A DNA stretch of 64,000 nt from the NCBI RefSeq assembly GCF_006345805.1, contig NC_043018.1, positions 19,840,001-19,904,000 on the forward strand. Reading direction: 5' to 3'. Below the pieces are notes generated by a model. The model was given only the letters and a program-made list of their open reading frames with translations. It ran no database searches and had not been told where the DNA came from. The position numbers were made by a program, and so were the translations under genes. This DNA comes from Octopus sinensis. Lineage: Eukaryota. Positions 1-11,835 of the stretch are shown one piece after another (within the stretch, counting starts at the first letter, position 1; each line of letters starts with the position of its first letter).

Positions 1-584
1 TCATTTCAGTGGGGCATTAATCAATCACATTATAGATTGCAACATTGTAATGTATCAATCGCTATTTAAACTTCACTGAACTAAATGAATGATTGACTAA
101 CTTTGTCCATATACACTCGTCTGACCAATGATTAAGGTCAGCCATTTGGCTAAATTAACTAATGTGTCATATTAGTATTAGATACGAATATATTCTGTCT
201 GTGTGTCTCTCTCTATCTATTTCTCTGTCTGTCTGTATGTCCATCTTTCTGTCCACCTCTCTGCTTGTCTCTCCAGCCTTCTCTCTCTCTGTCTCTGATA
301 TAACTATGGTATCGCAGACATGTTATTGGTTGAATGGTCAGTGTAACTTGACCAGTTGAAGTTTTGACTGTCCATATTTAGTCACTTTTCCATGAATAAA
401 GCTATTTGCTGACCACAGTACATGTGGTGCCATGGTCCAAAATATTTGCTGACCTCAGTCCACGTGGCTGTAAATAGGTGTCATTGTAAGAAATGCTCGC
501 TGGCATTTTTCCTGGCAGTTATTTTACTGAATTCTTCATTATTTTCAAAATGAATTGGAACAAAAGTAGTGCATTCTAACAGAA

Positions 585-830
585 GTTAAGTTAAGTTAAG
601 TTTTTGGCTCAAGAAGCAAAAAGCAAGGCCATGTAGGGGGACATGGAGTTATGTACAGGGAGGGTGTTCATGCAAAGACTTCAGGTCATTTCTGGTCAAG
701 AGAGACTTTGAACCGAGCGGTCGTCGGCATCTTCACTATCTCGTCCGGCAGCTTATTCCACGGATCCACAACCCAGACGGAGAAAGCCCCTCTCCTTCGA
801 CCGAGATGAAATCGTCGCAGAAGTATGGCA
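585..830 (-). mobile_element. CR1-type LINE 3' end fragment
   Basis: Minus strand reads FSVWVVDPWNKLPDEIVKMPTTARFKVSLDQK*PEVFA* (CR1-like WNxLP C-terminus), then a 3' UTR and (AACTT)n tail at 585-603. A sister fragment lies at 43581-43728. Confidence 0.75.
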
Positions 831-1798
831 TAGAATAGTTAAATTGATTGAAATTTAAACCTTCCATCAGAATTTCACCCTAATTTACATCCTAAATACC
901 AATTTGATATTGACAAGTTGTTGTACTAAATTTTTCTGTATTTTCGGAATTAATTGAAACAACGGTAGTGTATTTTAACAAAAATATGGTTGTGTAGCAA
1001 GTAGCCATTTTTAAATAAGGCGCCAATTTGTGGTAGCTGGCAATATGATGTAATGTCGTATTGCCGAAGAAATATTATTGTCATATTTCCATTGGTTAAT
1101 ATAACTGTTCATATCAGAATACTAAGAGTTACTTAAAGAATATTTGTAATAGATTTTGATTCTTTAAAGTCAAGTCGAGCAGTTATAAAAACCCTGGGTT
1201 TTGGGAAAAACTTGAGTGTTTGTTGGATGTAACTAAACTCCACGACACTCACTCCTTTGAGGCATTGGTGATTTTTCATGCCATGTCCAAGGAAAATCCA
1301 ACAGTTGCAATAGAATTAGAGTGACCTAAATGAAAACCTTCCTTCAAAATTCCTTGTTAATCTATGTTCCAAACACTAGCATAATAATGACAAAATTATT
1401 TTACTGAATTATCCATCGTTTTCAAAATGAAATTAAATGAAGGTTGTGTATAACAGCAGAAATATGGTAACAAAGGGTTAAGCTGTTGTATATGCTTCAG
1501 TGAAGACAAATATTTTATTTTCACAAAGATTTTCATGTTGAAGTAGTGGTTGTCTTAAACTTGCAAAATCTCATATTTTGAAAGATTCTGTGAAGATTCA
1601 CAAAGACTTTCTAACAAGTTATTAATTCTCACAAGACTGCCTTTGATGAGGGAAAATTAAAAAGGGAAAAAAACAACTTTAATTTGAAGAAATGTAGTGC
1701 ATATCGTGACCTTCATTTCTGACCTAGTGTATCTAAGACTCCATTGTACACCATGTCTTCTTTTTTGTAAAATGATTTGGTATGATTTAATCCTTTAG

Positions 1799-1839
<41 letters not shown>

Positions 1840-1840
<1 letters not shown>

Positions 1841-2459
1841 TAGCAGTATCGCCCGGCGTTGCTCGGGTTTGTAAGGGAAATAACTATATAAGCATTTTTA
1901 GAGAGTTATAGCCAAAAATGCATTAAAAATGGAAAAAATATGATGGTAAATTTTTTTTTAAATCGTTGACTCATCGTAGACATTTTTAGAGAGTTACTTC
2001 CCTTATATAATAGCGAAAAAATGCATTAAAAGGGAAAAAAAACGATGGTAATTTTTTTTTTAAATCGTAGACTCATGTAGACGCTTTCTTAGCCATTTCT
2101 GTTTTGGTGTCTTCAAGCCATGAAGTCGTTGTTCTAAAAGAACGCTGGTCTCCTTGACAACGCATTACGGCGTTGATTTCCTTACACTCCCTTCCCCACA
2201 GGTGCAGGTGTGAGCGTGGACGCCAACTCGGCCGCCATCGACACACGAAAAATTATGCATTAAAATGGAATAAAAAATTATGTTAAATTATTTTTAAAAT
2301 CGTAGACTCATCGTAGACGCGCGCTAATACTCAGACGGGCTCGATATGAATCACGACTATAAGCTACCCGAATTTGGTTAAACTGCACCGCAAAATGTGG
2401 GAGTAGTTAGGAATCTAAATCGAAGGGGACAGACACTCACACAACTACAGTTTTATAGA
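1840..2459 (-). mobile_element. Non-autonomous Helitron (Lep1-like architecture), subfamily 1
   Basis: Minus strand starts TC and ends CTAG, sits between A and T, and has a GC-rich subterminal motif CGCCGGGCG near the 3' end. Internal repeats of aaatcgtagactcatcgtagac. A shorter copy is at 24766-25063. Confidence 0.75.
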
Positions 2460-2477
2460 TATACATAGCGCAGTAGT

Positions 2478-3068
2478 GGTGAGATGTGACAGCAAAGAAA
2501 AGCATACATTCACTCTCTGCATGCAATTAGACTCGGAAAGTTCGTGAGGAACCCATTGACCCAATTTGCTGACTTTTCCGATAGCACACAGGTCTCAATG
2601 AATGGTTGAATGACCAAATCCAAGCTTCTCTGCTAGTTCCTCAACAGTTACGATGAGATTTTGTTCCACCAGGGTTTTCAGGATGTCCTTGTCGAGTTCT
2701 ACAGATCTTTCAGGATGAGGCTCATCTTCTAGGCTGTAGTTTATGGCTCGGAATTTCTGGAACCACCATTGACACTGCCTTACGCTTATTGTCCAATCCC
2801 CATATACTGCATTAATATTTCTTGTACTTTCCGTTGCGTTGTTGTCTTTATTGAACTCATAAAGCAAAATATGCCAAATATGCTCCTTTGTTACTTCCAA
2901 TATAGCTTTGAAAAAAATAGCTGTTAAAATCGAAATGCACTCTTCAAAACTTGCACTATGAATAAAGACAAGATAAAATTACTGCCTGCTTTTATAGCAA
3001 TTTAATATAAGTAGTTTATCCCATTCCCCTCTGACTTTTAGTTCAAGCTGTTGAAAAAACCGCATTAT
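2478..3068 (-). pseudogene. Mariner transposase 5' fragment (HTH region to WVPHEL)
   Basis: ORF MEVTKEHIWHILLYEFNKDNNATESTRNINAVYG... continues in frame past one stop into KLGQWVPHELS (the mariner WVPHEL motif). A TIR remnant taatgcggttttt is near 3060. Confidence 0.9.
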
Positions 3069-3944
3069 TATATATATATACATACATACATACATACATA
3101 CATATACACACACACTCTCTCTCTCACACACATGCACACATTTATATTCTGTTATTCTTTTATATGTTTCAGCCTTGAGGTTGTGGCCATGCTGGATCAT
3201 GTGTGTGTGTGTGTGTGTCTATCTGTCTGTCTGTCTGTATGTATATATGTATATGTATGTGTGTGAACAATAATATTTTCAACAGATGTGTTGCAAATGT
3301 ATCTGATTGTTCTCAAGCTTCAATACTGTGTGTGTGTGTATGTGTGTGTGTGTGTTTGTATGTATGTATATGTATGTATGTATGTATATGTATGTATGTA
3401 TGTGTGTATGTATGTATGTGTGTATGTATGTATGTGTGTGTGTATGTATGTATGTGTGTGTGTATGTGTGTGTATGTATGTATGTATGTATGTATGTATG
3501 AGTGTATGTTTACTTTATTACTAACACAAGCCACTACGGTTATTTAATGTAAAGTCTTCCTCAAATCACTCTCTGTCGCTATTTACTCTCTTCCAAGAAC
3601 ATTTTCACTCACTCTTATCTGTTAGCTTCCCATACATTTTACTCATGTATCTATCAGCGTCATAGACAGAAACAAATATTACATCTAGTTTCACTTTATT
3701 CGTTGTACACTGTGTGTGTGCGTTTGCGTGTGGTGTAAACCAGACTAAGAAAAGCATTTGACACACACACCAGAATGTGAGTTTTCTGTAAATTTTGCTT
3801 AATTGGAGTTTAAATTTTAAAAACTGGACCTGGCATGACGCGATGCATTGTACTCTTAAAAATGCTAGGTAAATTGTAATTGAAGAAATCCTATATTGTA
3901 GATTTGTATAACTCCCAAAGGGAGGCAGATAAAATCTGCCTTTT

Positions 3945-4110
3945 ATAATAAGAGATATATATATAATATTAATTAGAGACAAAACCACTATTATGCAAAT
4001 CAAACAAAGAAAGACTTAATCCAATACATAAAAAAATTTTATATAAATTAAATAAAATTAAATTCGCCACTACAATTGTTTCGTGTCTCTTCTAAGGACA
4101 TTGATCTTCT
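3945..4110 (-). mobile_element. Putative Penelope-like terminal fragment with half hammerhead motif
   Basis: Same family as 36988-37275 and 63790-63895. Minus strand carries GAAAC-AATT-GTA (palindromic stem III plus NUH site) but no intact CUGANGA. Confidence 0.4.
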
Positions 4111-4401
4111 ATTCAATTTTAAGTTATATGTATGTATGTGTCTTTGTGTCTGTATTCGTCTCCACTTACTGGTTGACAAACTGGTGTTGGTGTGTTTACG
4201 TCCCTTTAACATAGCAATTCAGCAAAAGGGACCGATGTAAAAAAAAGGTACTGGGGCTGAATTGTTCGATTAAAATTCTTCAAGGCGGTGCTACAGCATG
4301 ACCGCAGCCAAATGACTGAAACAAGTGAAAGAATAGAATAGAATAGAGAAAGAATAGCATTTTTGAAACTGGCCATAACTGGCCCAAATATTGTTCCTTA
4401 A

Positions 4402-4622
4402 CCCTTTGGTGTTTAAGCCGGCCATATCCGGCCCAAATATTCTACATGTTTTACATTCAAACTGGCCATATTTAGCCTCTCACACCTAACCTACATTGAC
4501 ATTCTAAGAATAAACTATCACACCATTGAAATTTCAAAGCTATAAGATAATGTATGATTAATTCAAAACGATTTGAGTGAAAAAAGTATTACATTTAACA
4601 GATTAATCTGAACACTAAAGGG
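4402..4622. mobile_element. piggyBac-like MITE
   Basis: TTAA at 4398-4401 and 4623-4626. Termini CCCTTTGGTGTT / AACACTAAAGGG. A full copy in opposite orientation is at 47332-47552; an interrupted copy spans about 5375-6330. Confidence 0.75.
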
Positions 4623-4839
4623 TTAAACCAACCAGATTCACCCTTTCACACCTACCCGACAAAGTCATCCTGAAAATAAACAGTCACATCATTGAAATCT
4701 GAAAGTCACAAAGTCATGCATGATTAATTCAGAATAATCTGACTATATAAGCACCACAGTCGACCGAGTAATCTGAATGCGAAAAGCTTAAGCTTGCCAT
4801 AACCTGTCCATATATTCTACCAGTATCATGTTCAAGGTG

Positions 4840-5365
4840 AAAGCGTGTTGCTCAGTGGTTAGGGTGTTCAGCTTATGATCGTAAGGTCTTGAGTTCAATT
4901 CTCAGCAACACATTGTGTCCTTGAGCAGGACACTTTATTTCACGTTGCTCCAGTCCACTCAGCTGGCAAATATGAGTAAGTACCTGTATTTCAAAGGGCC
5001 GGCCTTGTCACATACTGTGTCACACTGAATCTCCCTGGCAGAAGCGTTAGCACGCCGGGCGAAATGCTTTGCGGTATTTCGTCTGCCGTTACGTTGTGAG
5101 TTCAAATTCCGCCAAGGTCGACTTTGCCTTTCATACTTTCGGGGTCGATAAATTAAGTACCAGTTACGCACTGGGGTCGATGTAATCGACTTAATACCTA
5201 TGTCTGTCCTTGTTTGTCCCCTCTATGTTTAGCCCCTCGTGGGTAATAAAGAAATAGGTATGTGTGTCTGTGGAGTTTTCAGTCACTTGCATGTCAATGT
5301 CATGAGTAGGCTGTTCTGTTGATCGGATCAACCGGAACCCTCATTGTCGTAACCAGTGGAGCGCT
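4840..5365 (+). mobile_element. tRNA-headed SINE (family D) interrupted by a family B SINE at 5036-5259
   Basis: A-box/B-box-like head (ctcagtggttag ... gagttcaattc). The 3' body (aagggccggccttgtcac ... gtaacc) is shared with family C. A similar copy is at about 54368-54690. Confidence 0.7.
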
Positions 5366-5470
5366 TATATCATGTTCAGACTAGCCAGATCTGACCTCTC
5401 ACACTTATCCTGCAATCTCATCCTAAACATAAGCAATCACATCATCGAAACCTCAAAGCTACAAGATAAT

Positions 5471-5705
5471 CTATTTCTTTACTACCCACAAGGGGCTAAA
5501 CACAGAGGGGACAAACAAGGACAGACAAACGGATTAAGTCGATTAGATCGATCCCACTGCGTAACTGGTGCTTAATTTATCGACCCCGAAAGGATGAAAG
5601 GCAAAGTCGACCTCGGCGGAATTTGAACTCAGAACGTAACGGCAGACGAAATACCGATAAGCATTTCGCCTGGCGTGCTAAGGTTTCTGCCAGCTCACCA
5701 CCTTA
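5471..5705 (-). mobile_element. SINE family B (~235 bp) with 16-bp TSD
   Basis: TSD aaagctacaagataat at 5455-5470 and 5706-5721. The core ctttgcctttcatcctttcggggtcgataaattaagtaccag resembles the conserved Nin/Deu-type SINE domain. Confidence 0.85.
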
Positions 5706-5751
5706 AAAGCTACAAGATAATGCATGATTAATCCAGAGCATTATGAATAAA

Positions 5752-6283
5752 CTAGCAGTATCGCCCGGCGTTGCTCAGGTTTGTAAGGGAAATAACTATA
5801 AAGCATTTTTAGAGAGTTATAGCCAAAAAATAGCAAAAAAATGGAAAAAAATGATGGTAAATTTTTTTTGAGAGTAAAAAAAGGTGGAGTTGCGTCCCCT
5901 ATACAGTTTGCGGTTTGTGTTTCTGATTCTCGACCTCATGTCGAATTTATCGATTTTTTTCAGAACTGGGGAAACTTTTCAAAATTTTTGCTGCGTTAGT
6001 TTTGAATTATGACATTGGGCTATGTGTGTGTCAAGTTTCATCAGAATCGGTTGAAAGCCGTGGTCAGGCAGACGAAATACCGATAAGCATTTCGCCTGGC
6101 GTGCTAAGGTTTCTGCCAGCTCACCACCTTAAAAGCTACAAGATAATGCATGATTAATCCAGAGCATTATGAATAAACTAGCAGTATCGCCCGGCGTTGC
6201 TCAGGTTTGTAAGGGAAATAACTATAAAGCAAACAGACACACAGAAACACGCACAGACAAACTGCTGTTTATATAGAGAGAGA
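5752..6283 (-). mobile_element. Non-autonomous Helitron, subfamily 2, with internal templated insertion
   Basis: TC (6283-6282) ... CTAG (5755-5752), inserted at A|T inside the piggyBac-like MITE. Homologous to 42258-42638. Positions 6067-6231 copy 5641-5805. Confidence 0.8.
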
Positions 6284-7284
6284 TAAGCATTGCATTTCAC
6301 AGAGTAATTTGAATGCTCAAAGGTTAACAAATAGTTGACTGTTATTTCTAGCAGATCAAGGGACCACTTCAGATCTCCTTGCTATGCCTCACAATTAATC
6401 ATATTTGTCTCAGTTGCATGAGATAAACGGATACTGATTGACTGAATGAAACAGATGAAATATGCTGCAAGATATTTCACTTTCAATCATCCTCAATCTT
6501 CGGTCAGTCATTTATGCCGTAATTATAGTTTGGCTTATCATTATTAAGAAGCAACTGGAATTTGGAAGAATCTATTATTGTTTCTTTGAAGAAATTCTTA
6601 GAACTGGAATGGTTCAAAGCTTTTGGTATGTTTGAAACAAACTGCCAAAATTGGAAATTGAATTTGATAAGAATCTTAATTTATTTATTGTCTTTGAATT
6701 CCAACAGGAAAACGGACAACAATAATTCCATTGACAATTCGCTATGCAAAGAGATGTTACGAAATTCTAAATATGCAGTAAACCTTTTGATGGTGCCTAA
6801 CATTAAACACGAAGCGTGTTTGAAATTTTCACATTGGTTATTATTTTTCTTGGCGCACACAACAAGGAAGAGAAGTTTATTAAATTTTTATTCGTGTTAT
6901 TGATACCAATAAACTGCAGATGCCATTGTTAACCTTGGTTTTCTCTGCAATGCAATGTCGTTAGTACAATCATCTCAATTCTAACCGAATTCCAAATTAA
7001 TTTCTTCAAATTTTAATACGTTTATTATAATAACCTCATTCTTCAACAAAAGCGAAAACTGGATACCAGAGATTAAATTTTTCTTTTTCCTTCCTTTTAT
7101 CTATTTTCTGGGGTTTTTTTTTTTCTTTTTGCGGCGGCTTACCATCTTTTATATTGGAATGAGATGAGAAATGTTATTTTGTTTTAATGATAAATTTAAT
7201 AAAATAAATGCCTATGTTTACAAAGGCATCCAGTGATATACTCTTCACTGTCATCGTGTGCAGATTCTCTTTCGACTATGTGTG

Positions 7285-7716
7285 TGTGTGTGTATATGCA
7301 TATATACAGATATATATTATGTGTATGTGTGTGTATGTATATATATGTGTGTGTGTGTATGTGCATGCTAAATATATATATATATATATAAATATATATA
7401 TATATGTGTGTGTGTGTGTGTATGTATATGTGTGTGTATGTGTGCATGCTAAATATATGTGTGTGTGCTAAATATATATATATGTGTGTATGTGTATGTA
7501 GATGCTAAATATATATATGTGTGTGTATGTGTATGTATGTACATGCTAAATATATATGTGTATGTGTATGTATATATGTGCATGCTAAATATGTGTGTGT
7601 ATATATATATATATACTATGTATGTGTGTGTACGTGCTTGCACATAGATATTTTATCCAACATATATACAAATCTCTCACACACAAATATATATACATAT
7701 ATACATGCATTATATC

Positions 7717-7750
<34 letters not shown>

Positions 7751-8105
7751 CATCCACACACACATGTAAATATGTATATATATATATATGTGTGTGTGTA
7801 TGTGTATGTATCATATCTATCTATTTCTTTCTATATACATATATGTGTATGTGTATATATATATATATACATGTGTAAATTCGTGTATATATATGTGTGT
7901 GTGTGTGTGAGTGCGTGTGTATATATATATATATATATATACACACACGTGTAAATACGTACATATATATATATATGTGTACCTTATCTATCTATTTCTC
8001 TCTCTATATGTGTATGTGCGTGTGAGTGTGTGTGTATCTATATATATATGTACCTGATCTATCTATTTCTCTCTCTATATGTGTATGTGTGTGTGTGTAT
8101 GCATA
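7285..8105. repeat. Compound (TA)n/(TG)n microsatellite with recurring gcatgctaaatatat units
   Basis: Direct reading; the ORFs here are YI/CV low-complexity artefacts. Confidence 0.9.
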
Positions 8106-8398
8106 TATGCATACTTAAATACAGCTATCTAGATTTGTGTCCTTACATAAACCGCAACACAAACGCCCATACTGAATAAGACTCTCCTCTGTCACCAGCA
8201 ACAATACAAGAGTCGTTAATGAAATTCCAGTTATCTTTCAATTCAATCCATTTTTTCCCTTCTTTCCTCCAACCTTACGCTGCATCCTATTGGAACATGC
8301 AATGGCGAAAATACCAGACGCTGCCAATCCATGATTCTCTGGTTCAATGCTGTGCTGGGACTGAAGTAGTTAATTACACATATTAGCTATATTAGTTT

Positions 8399-8599
8399 CT
8401 CTTTTACTTGTTTCAGTCATTTGACTGCGGCCATGCTGGAGCACCGCCTTTAGTCGAACAGATTTATCCAGCTCCCAGGATTTATTCTTTGTAAGCCTAG
8501 TATTTATTCTATCGGTCTGTCTTCTGCCAAACTGTTAAGTTACGGGGACGTAAACACACCAACATCGGTTGTCAAGCAATGGTGGTAGGGGACAAAGAC

Positions 8600-8644
<45 letters not shown>

Positions 8645-8815
8645 AATATACAATGGACTTCTTTTAAGTTTCCATCTACCAAATCCATGCATAAGGCTTT
8701 GGTTGGCCCGAGTCTATAGTAGAAGACACTTGCCCAAGACGCCACAAAGTGGAACTGAACTTGGAACCATGTGGTTGGGAAGCAAACTTCTTACCACACA
8801 GCCCCACCTGTGCCT
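8399..8815 (-). mobile_element. SINE family A (~400 bp, tRNA head, central (CA/TG)n, gtaaaaga tail)
   Basis: Matches family A copies: head ggcgcaggagtggctgtgtggtaag...gggttcagtccc, ccttgggcaagtg block, tail cagtcaaatgactgaaacaagtaaaagag. Confidence 0.85.
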
Positions 8816-8832
8816 ATTGTATATTGGTCTTA

Positions 8833-9005
8833 AAGCGGTGAGCTGGCAGAACTGTGACCTCACCGGACGAAATGCTTAGCAGCATTTTGTCCATCCTAGC
8901 ATTCTTGGTTCAAATTCTGCCGACGTTGACTTTGTCTACCATTCCTTCAGGGTCGATAAATTAAGTACCAGTGAAGTACTGGGATCAATGTAATCATTGA
9001 CCCTC
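8833..9005 (+). mobile_element. SINE family B, degenerate
   Basis: gagctggcagaa head and gggtcgataaattaagtaccag core. Confidence 0.7.
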
Positions 9006-9211
9006 CTACTCACAAATCCTAGGTGCCGGTACAAGGATGTACCTGCTTCAGCATTCAACCCCCAGAAGAGCAGAGATTGGTAAAAAAAACTCCAACTTGC
9101 TATCTGCATTTCAGTCTCCATGCTTATCCCTGTCTTTGGCCATAAATGTTGGGTAATGACCAAAAATGTATGATCTCAAACACAAGTGATGAAAATGGAG
9201 TTCCTGCAAAA

Positions 9212-9752
9212 CAGTGGTCCTCAACTGGGGTCCATATAAGATTTTTGGGGATCCATGCAGCAAAATAAGGTCAAGTTACCTTCTCGAGTTCTATTGACCT
9301 ACAAGGGCCAGTTTCCTAGTTTCCATGGGGTATATATTCCCCACTGTGAAATGAAGGGTTTTGCTCAAGAACACAATGCATCACCCAGTCCAGAAATTGA
9401 AACCACAGTCTTATAATCGTGAATCCGATACTCTAACCACTAAGCCACGAGCCTCCACTATGTAACAAAATAGTATACTGGGGATCGACAGTAGTATTTT
9501 AAGGGCCCCTGAAGAGGTTTTGCTTTAGATGTATGTATTGGTATGTATTGCAAGAAACAGCAAGGTTCCTTTCTATTAGCAGAGTTCAACCTACACAAGT
9601 TAATGTTTGGAAAACAAGAGGAATTTTGAAAGAAGTTTCTATAAAACTAAGATTTTAAACATTGAATGTCTATGGTGGGTGGGTGGGGGGGGTCCACCAG
9701 AATGAAATAGTAATCAAAGGAGTCTGTAGATAAAAAATGGTTGAGAACCCTG
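9212..9752. mobile_element. hAT (Charlie-like) MITE with a nested minus-strand SINE (about 9270-9460)
   Basis: Termini CAGTGGTCCTCAAC / GTTGAGAACCCTG. Same family as 36630-36876. Confidence 0.6.
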
Positions 9753-9764
9753 CACTGAAAGTTA

Positions 9765-10095
9765 TTTGACAGGGTTCATAGCTTGAAGATCAGGGAGTCT
9801 CTCTTGGTCAAGCCCCTGCTTCTCAGCATTGAGGGGTCACAACTCAGGTACTACAGCTATGTGATTAGAATGTGACAGGAAAGAATTGCAGGAGTGATTC
9901 TGAGCCAACCGCAGGAGACCTAGGGTTAAACCATCAATGTGATGATTGGATAATATCTGTAGTTTCAGCTGGTCATCTTTGGGAGATCCAGCTGGAAAGT
10001 GTATTGATGGTTGCTTCTGATAGGGGCCTATTGAGGAGGTGCCTGACGACTCTCCCTCCATGACCCTGCCAGGGATAGTGGGCAGAGAAGATCAA
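9765..10095 (+). pseudogene. RTE-clade LINE ORF C-terminal fragment
   Basis: Translates, with stops and a frameshift, as KIRESLLVKPLLLSIEGSQLRYYSYVIRM*QERIA...RRPRVKP...EIQLESVLMVASDRGLLRRCLTTLPP*, typical of an RTE 3' end. Confidence 0.75.
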
Positions 10096-10534
10096 AATTT
10101 CTTGTTCATTTGTGTTCCAAACAACAGCTTACTAATGACAAAATTATTTTAGTAAATCTGGGACAACATTGTCTTGCGTAGATATGTTCTCTCTTTGATA
10201 TGGTAAAATGTAGCTTCGAGGAGATTTGGCATCTATTTCTAGTAACTACATTGATACTCCCACTCTCTCTTCCCCCTCTTTCCCTTTGTGAGATTGAGTT
10301 GTGTGTGTGTGTGCAAATATGTTTTTGCGTGTGTGTGTGTATGTGCACGTTTGTGAATGTGTGTGTTCATATGCGTGAATGTATGTGTGGGTGTGTGGAT
10401 GTGCAAAAGTGTGTGTTCTTGGAATGGGGCATATATGGAGGGTGGTGATCATTCATTTGATACACCAATCTGGAGTCCTGGGATCAAAGGGAGTCTCAGG
10501 GATCCAAGAAGCAGCATCTTGAATTTCTGATGCG

Positions 10535-11222
10535 AGAGGGTGAAGAAGTGGCTGCACATCACCCTCTCCTCCTTCTTCCCAGATGAGATCCAAAACCAAT
10601 CTCATTCCCTACTACAAAACTTCTCTCACAGAACCCCACCCCCCTGGAATCCTTCCTGAAACATTCAGACCCCATCGTAGCATCGGTATATTCAACCACT
10701 TTGTGTGTATTTATATTCTAGCAATCACAATTACTGTTCTTCTACCACATTTTTCCTAAATTCGAACCAAAAATATTCCAGCTTTGGTTCCTTCCATTAT
10801 TTCACCTTTGCTTGTGGTAGCGGTAGATATCGGTATTTTCTGCTTCTTCTTTTATTTGCCTCTTTGTAATTTGCGTAAGAGGATGAAGAAGAGGCTGCAT
10901 ATCACCCTCTCCTCCTCCTTCCCAGACGAGATCCAAAACCAATTTCATTCCCTACTACAAAACTTCTCTCACAGAACCCCACCCCTCTGGAATCCTTCCT
11001 GAAACATTCAGACCCCTTCGTAGCATCGGTATATTCAACCACTTTGTGTGTATTTATATTCTAGCAATCACAATTACTGTTCTTCTACCACATTTTTCCT
11101 AAATTCGAACCAAAAATATTCCAGCTTTGGTTCCTACCATTATTTCACCTTTGCTTGTGGTAGCGGTAGATATCGGTATTTTCTGCTTCTTCTTTTATTT
11201 ACCTCTTTGTAATTTGCGTAAG
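10535..11222. repeat. 343-bp tandem duplication
   Basis: 10535-10879 is repeated at 10878-11222 with about 9 differences. Confidence 0.9.
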
Positions 11223-11414
11223 TCTCGTCTTAACATAGCTTAATTATCAAAATGTTTCTGTGCTTTTATTCGGCTGTAATTTTCCTGATTTCTGAGCATT
11301 TTAAGATTACAGTGTTTGTAAACAGTCTCCCCATTGTTGCTTAATAAGTACTTACTATTCTGGAAGCATCTTCTTTTCACCATTATTCCATCACTTTTAT
11401 TTCTATTTCCGTTT

Positions 11415-11431
11415 AGAGAGAGAGACACACA

Positions 11432-11467
<36 letters not shown>

Positions 11468-11548
11468 CACATACACACAAACACACATACACACACACAC
11501 ACACACAAACTCACACACACACAAACACACATACACACACACACCAAA

Positions 11549-11584
<36 letters not shown>

Positions 11585-11835
11585 CACACACACACACACA
11601 TACACACACACACACAAACTCACACACACACACAAACTCACAAACACACACACACACACACAAAAACTCACATACACACACACATACACACATACACACA
11701 CAAACACACACACAAACTCACAAACACACACACACACAACACACACACACACACACACAAACACACATACACACACACACACACACACAACACACACACA
11801 CAACACAAACTCACACACATACACACACACACATG
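11415..11835. repeat. (CA)n array with periodic AAACT interruptions
   Basis: Direct reading. Confidence 0.95.

Noticed and set aside
6562-6903. 113-aa ORF MEESIIVSLKKFL...
   Set aside because: TTG start, AT-rich composition, no motif or splice support.
8269-8355. Minus-strand candidate exon (cttcag ... CAGC|GTAAGG) with two open frames
   Set aside because: Short, no recognisable product and no supporting neighbours. The same applies to candidates near 7144, 14570-14620, 28018-28090, 46330-46410 and 58790-58851.
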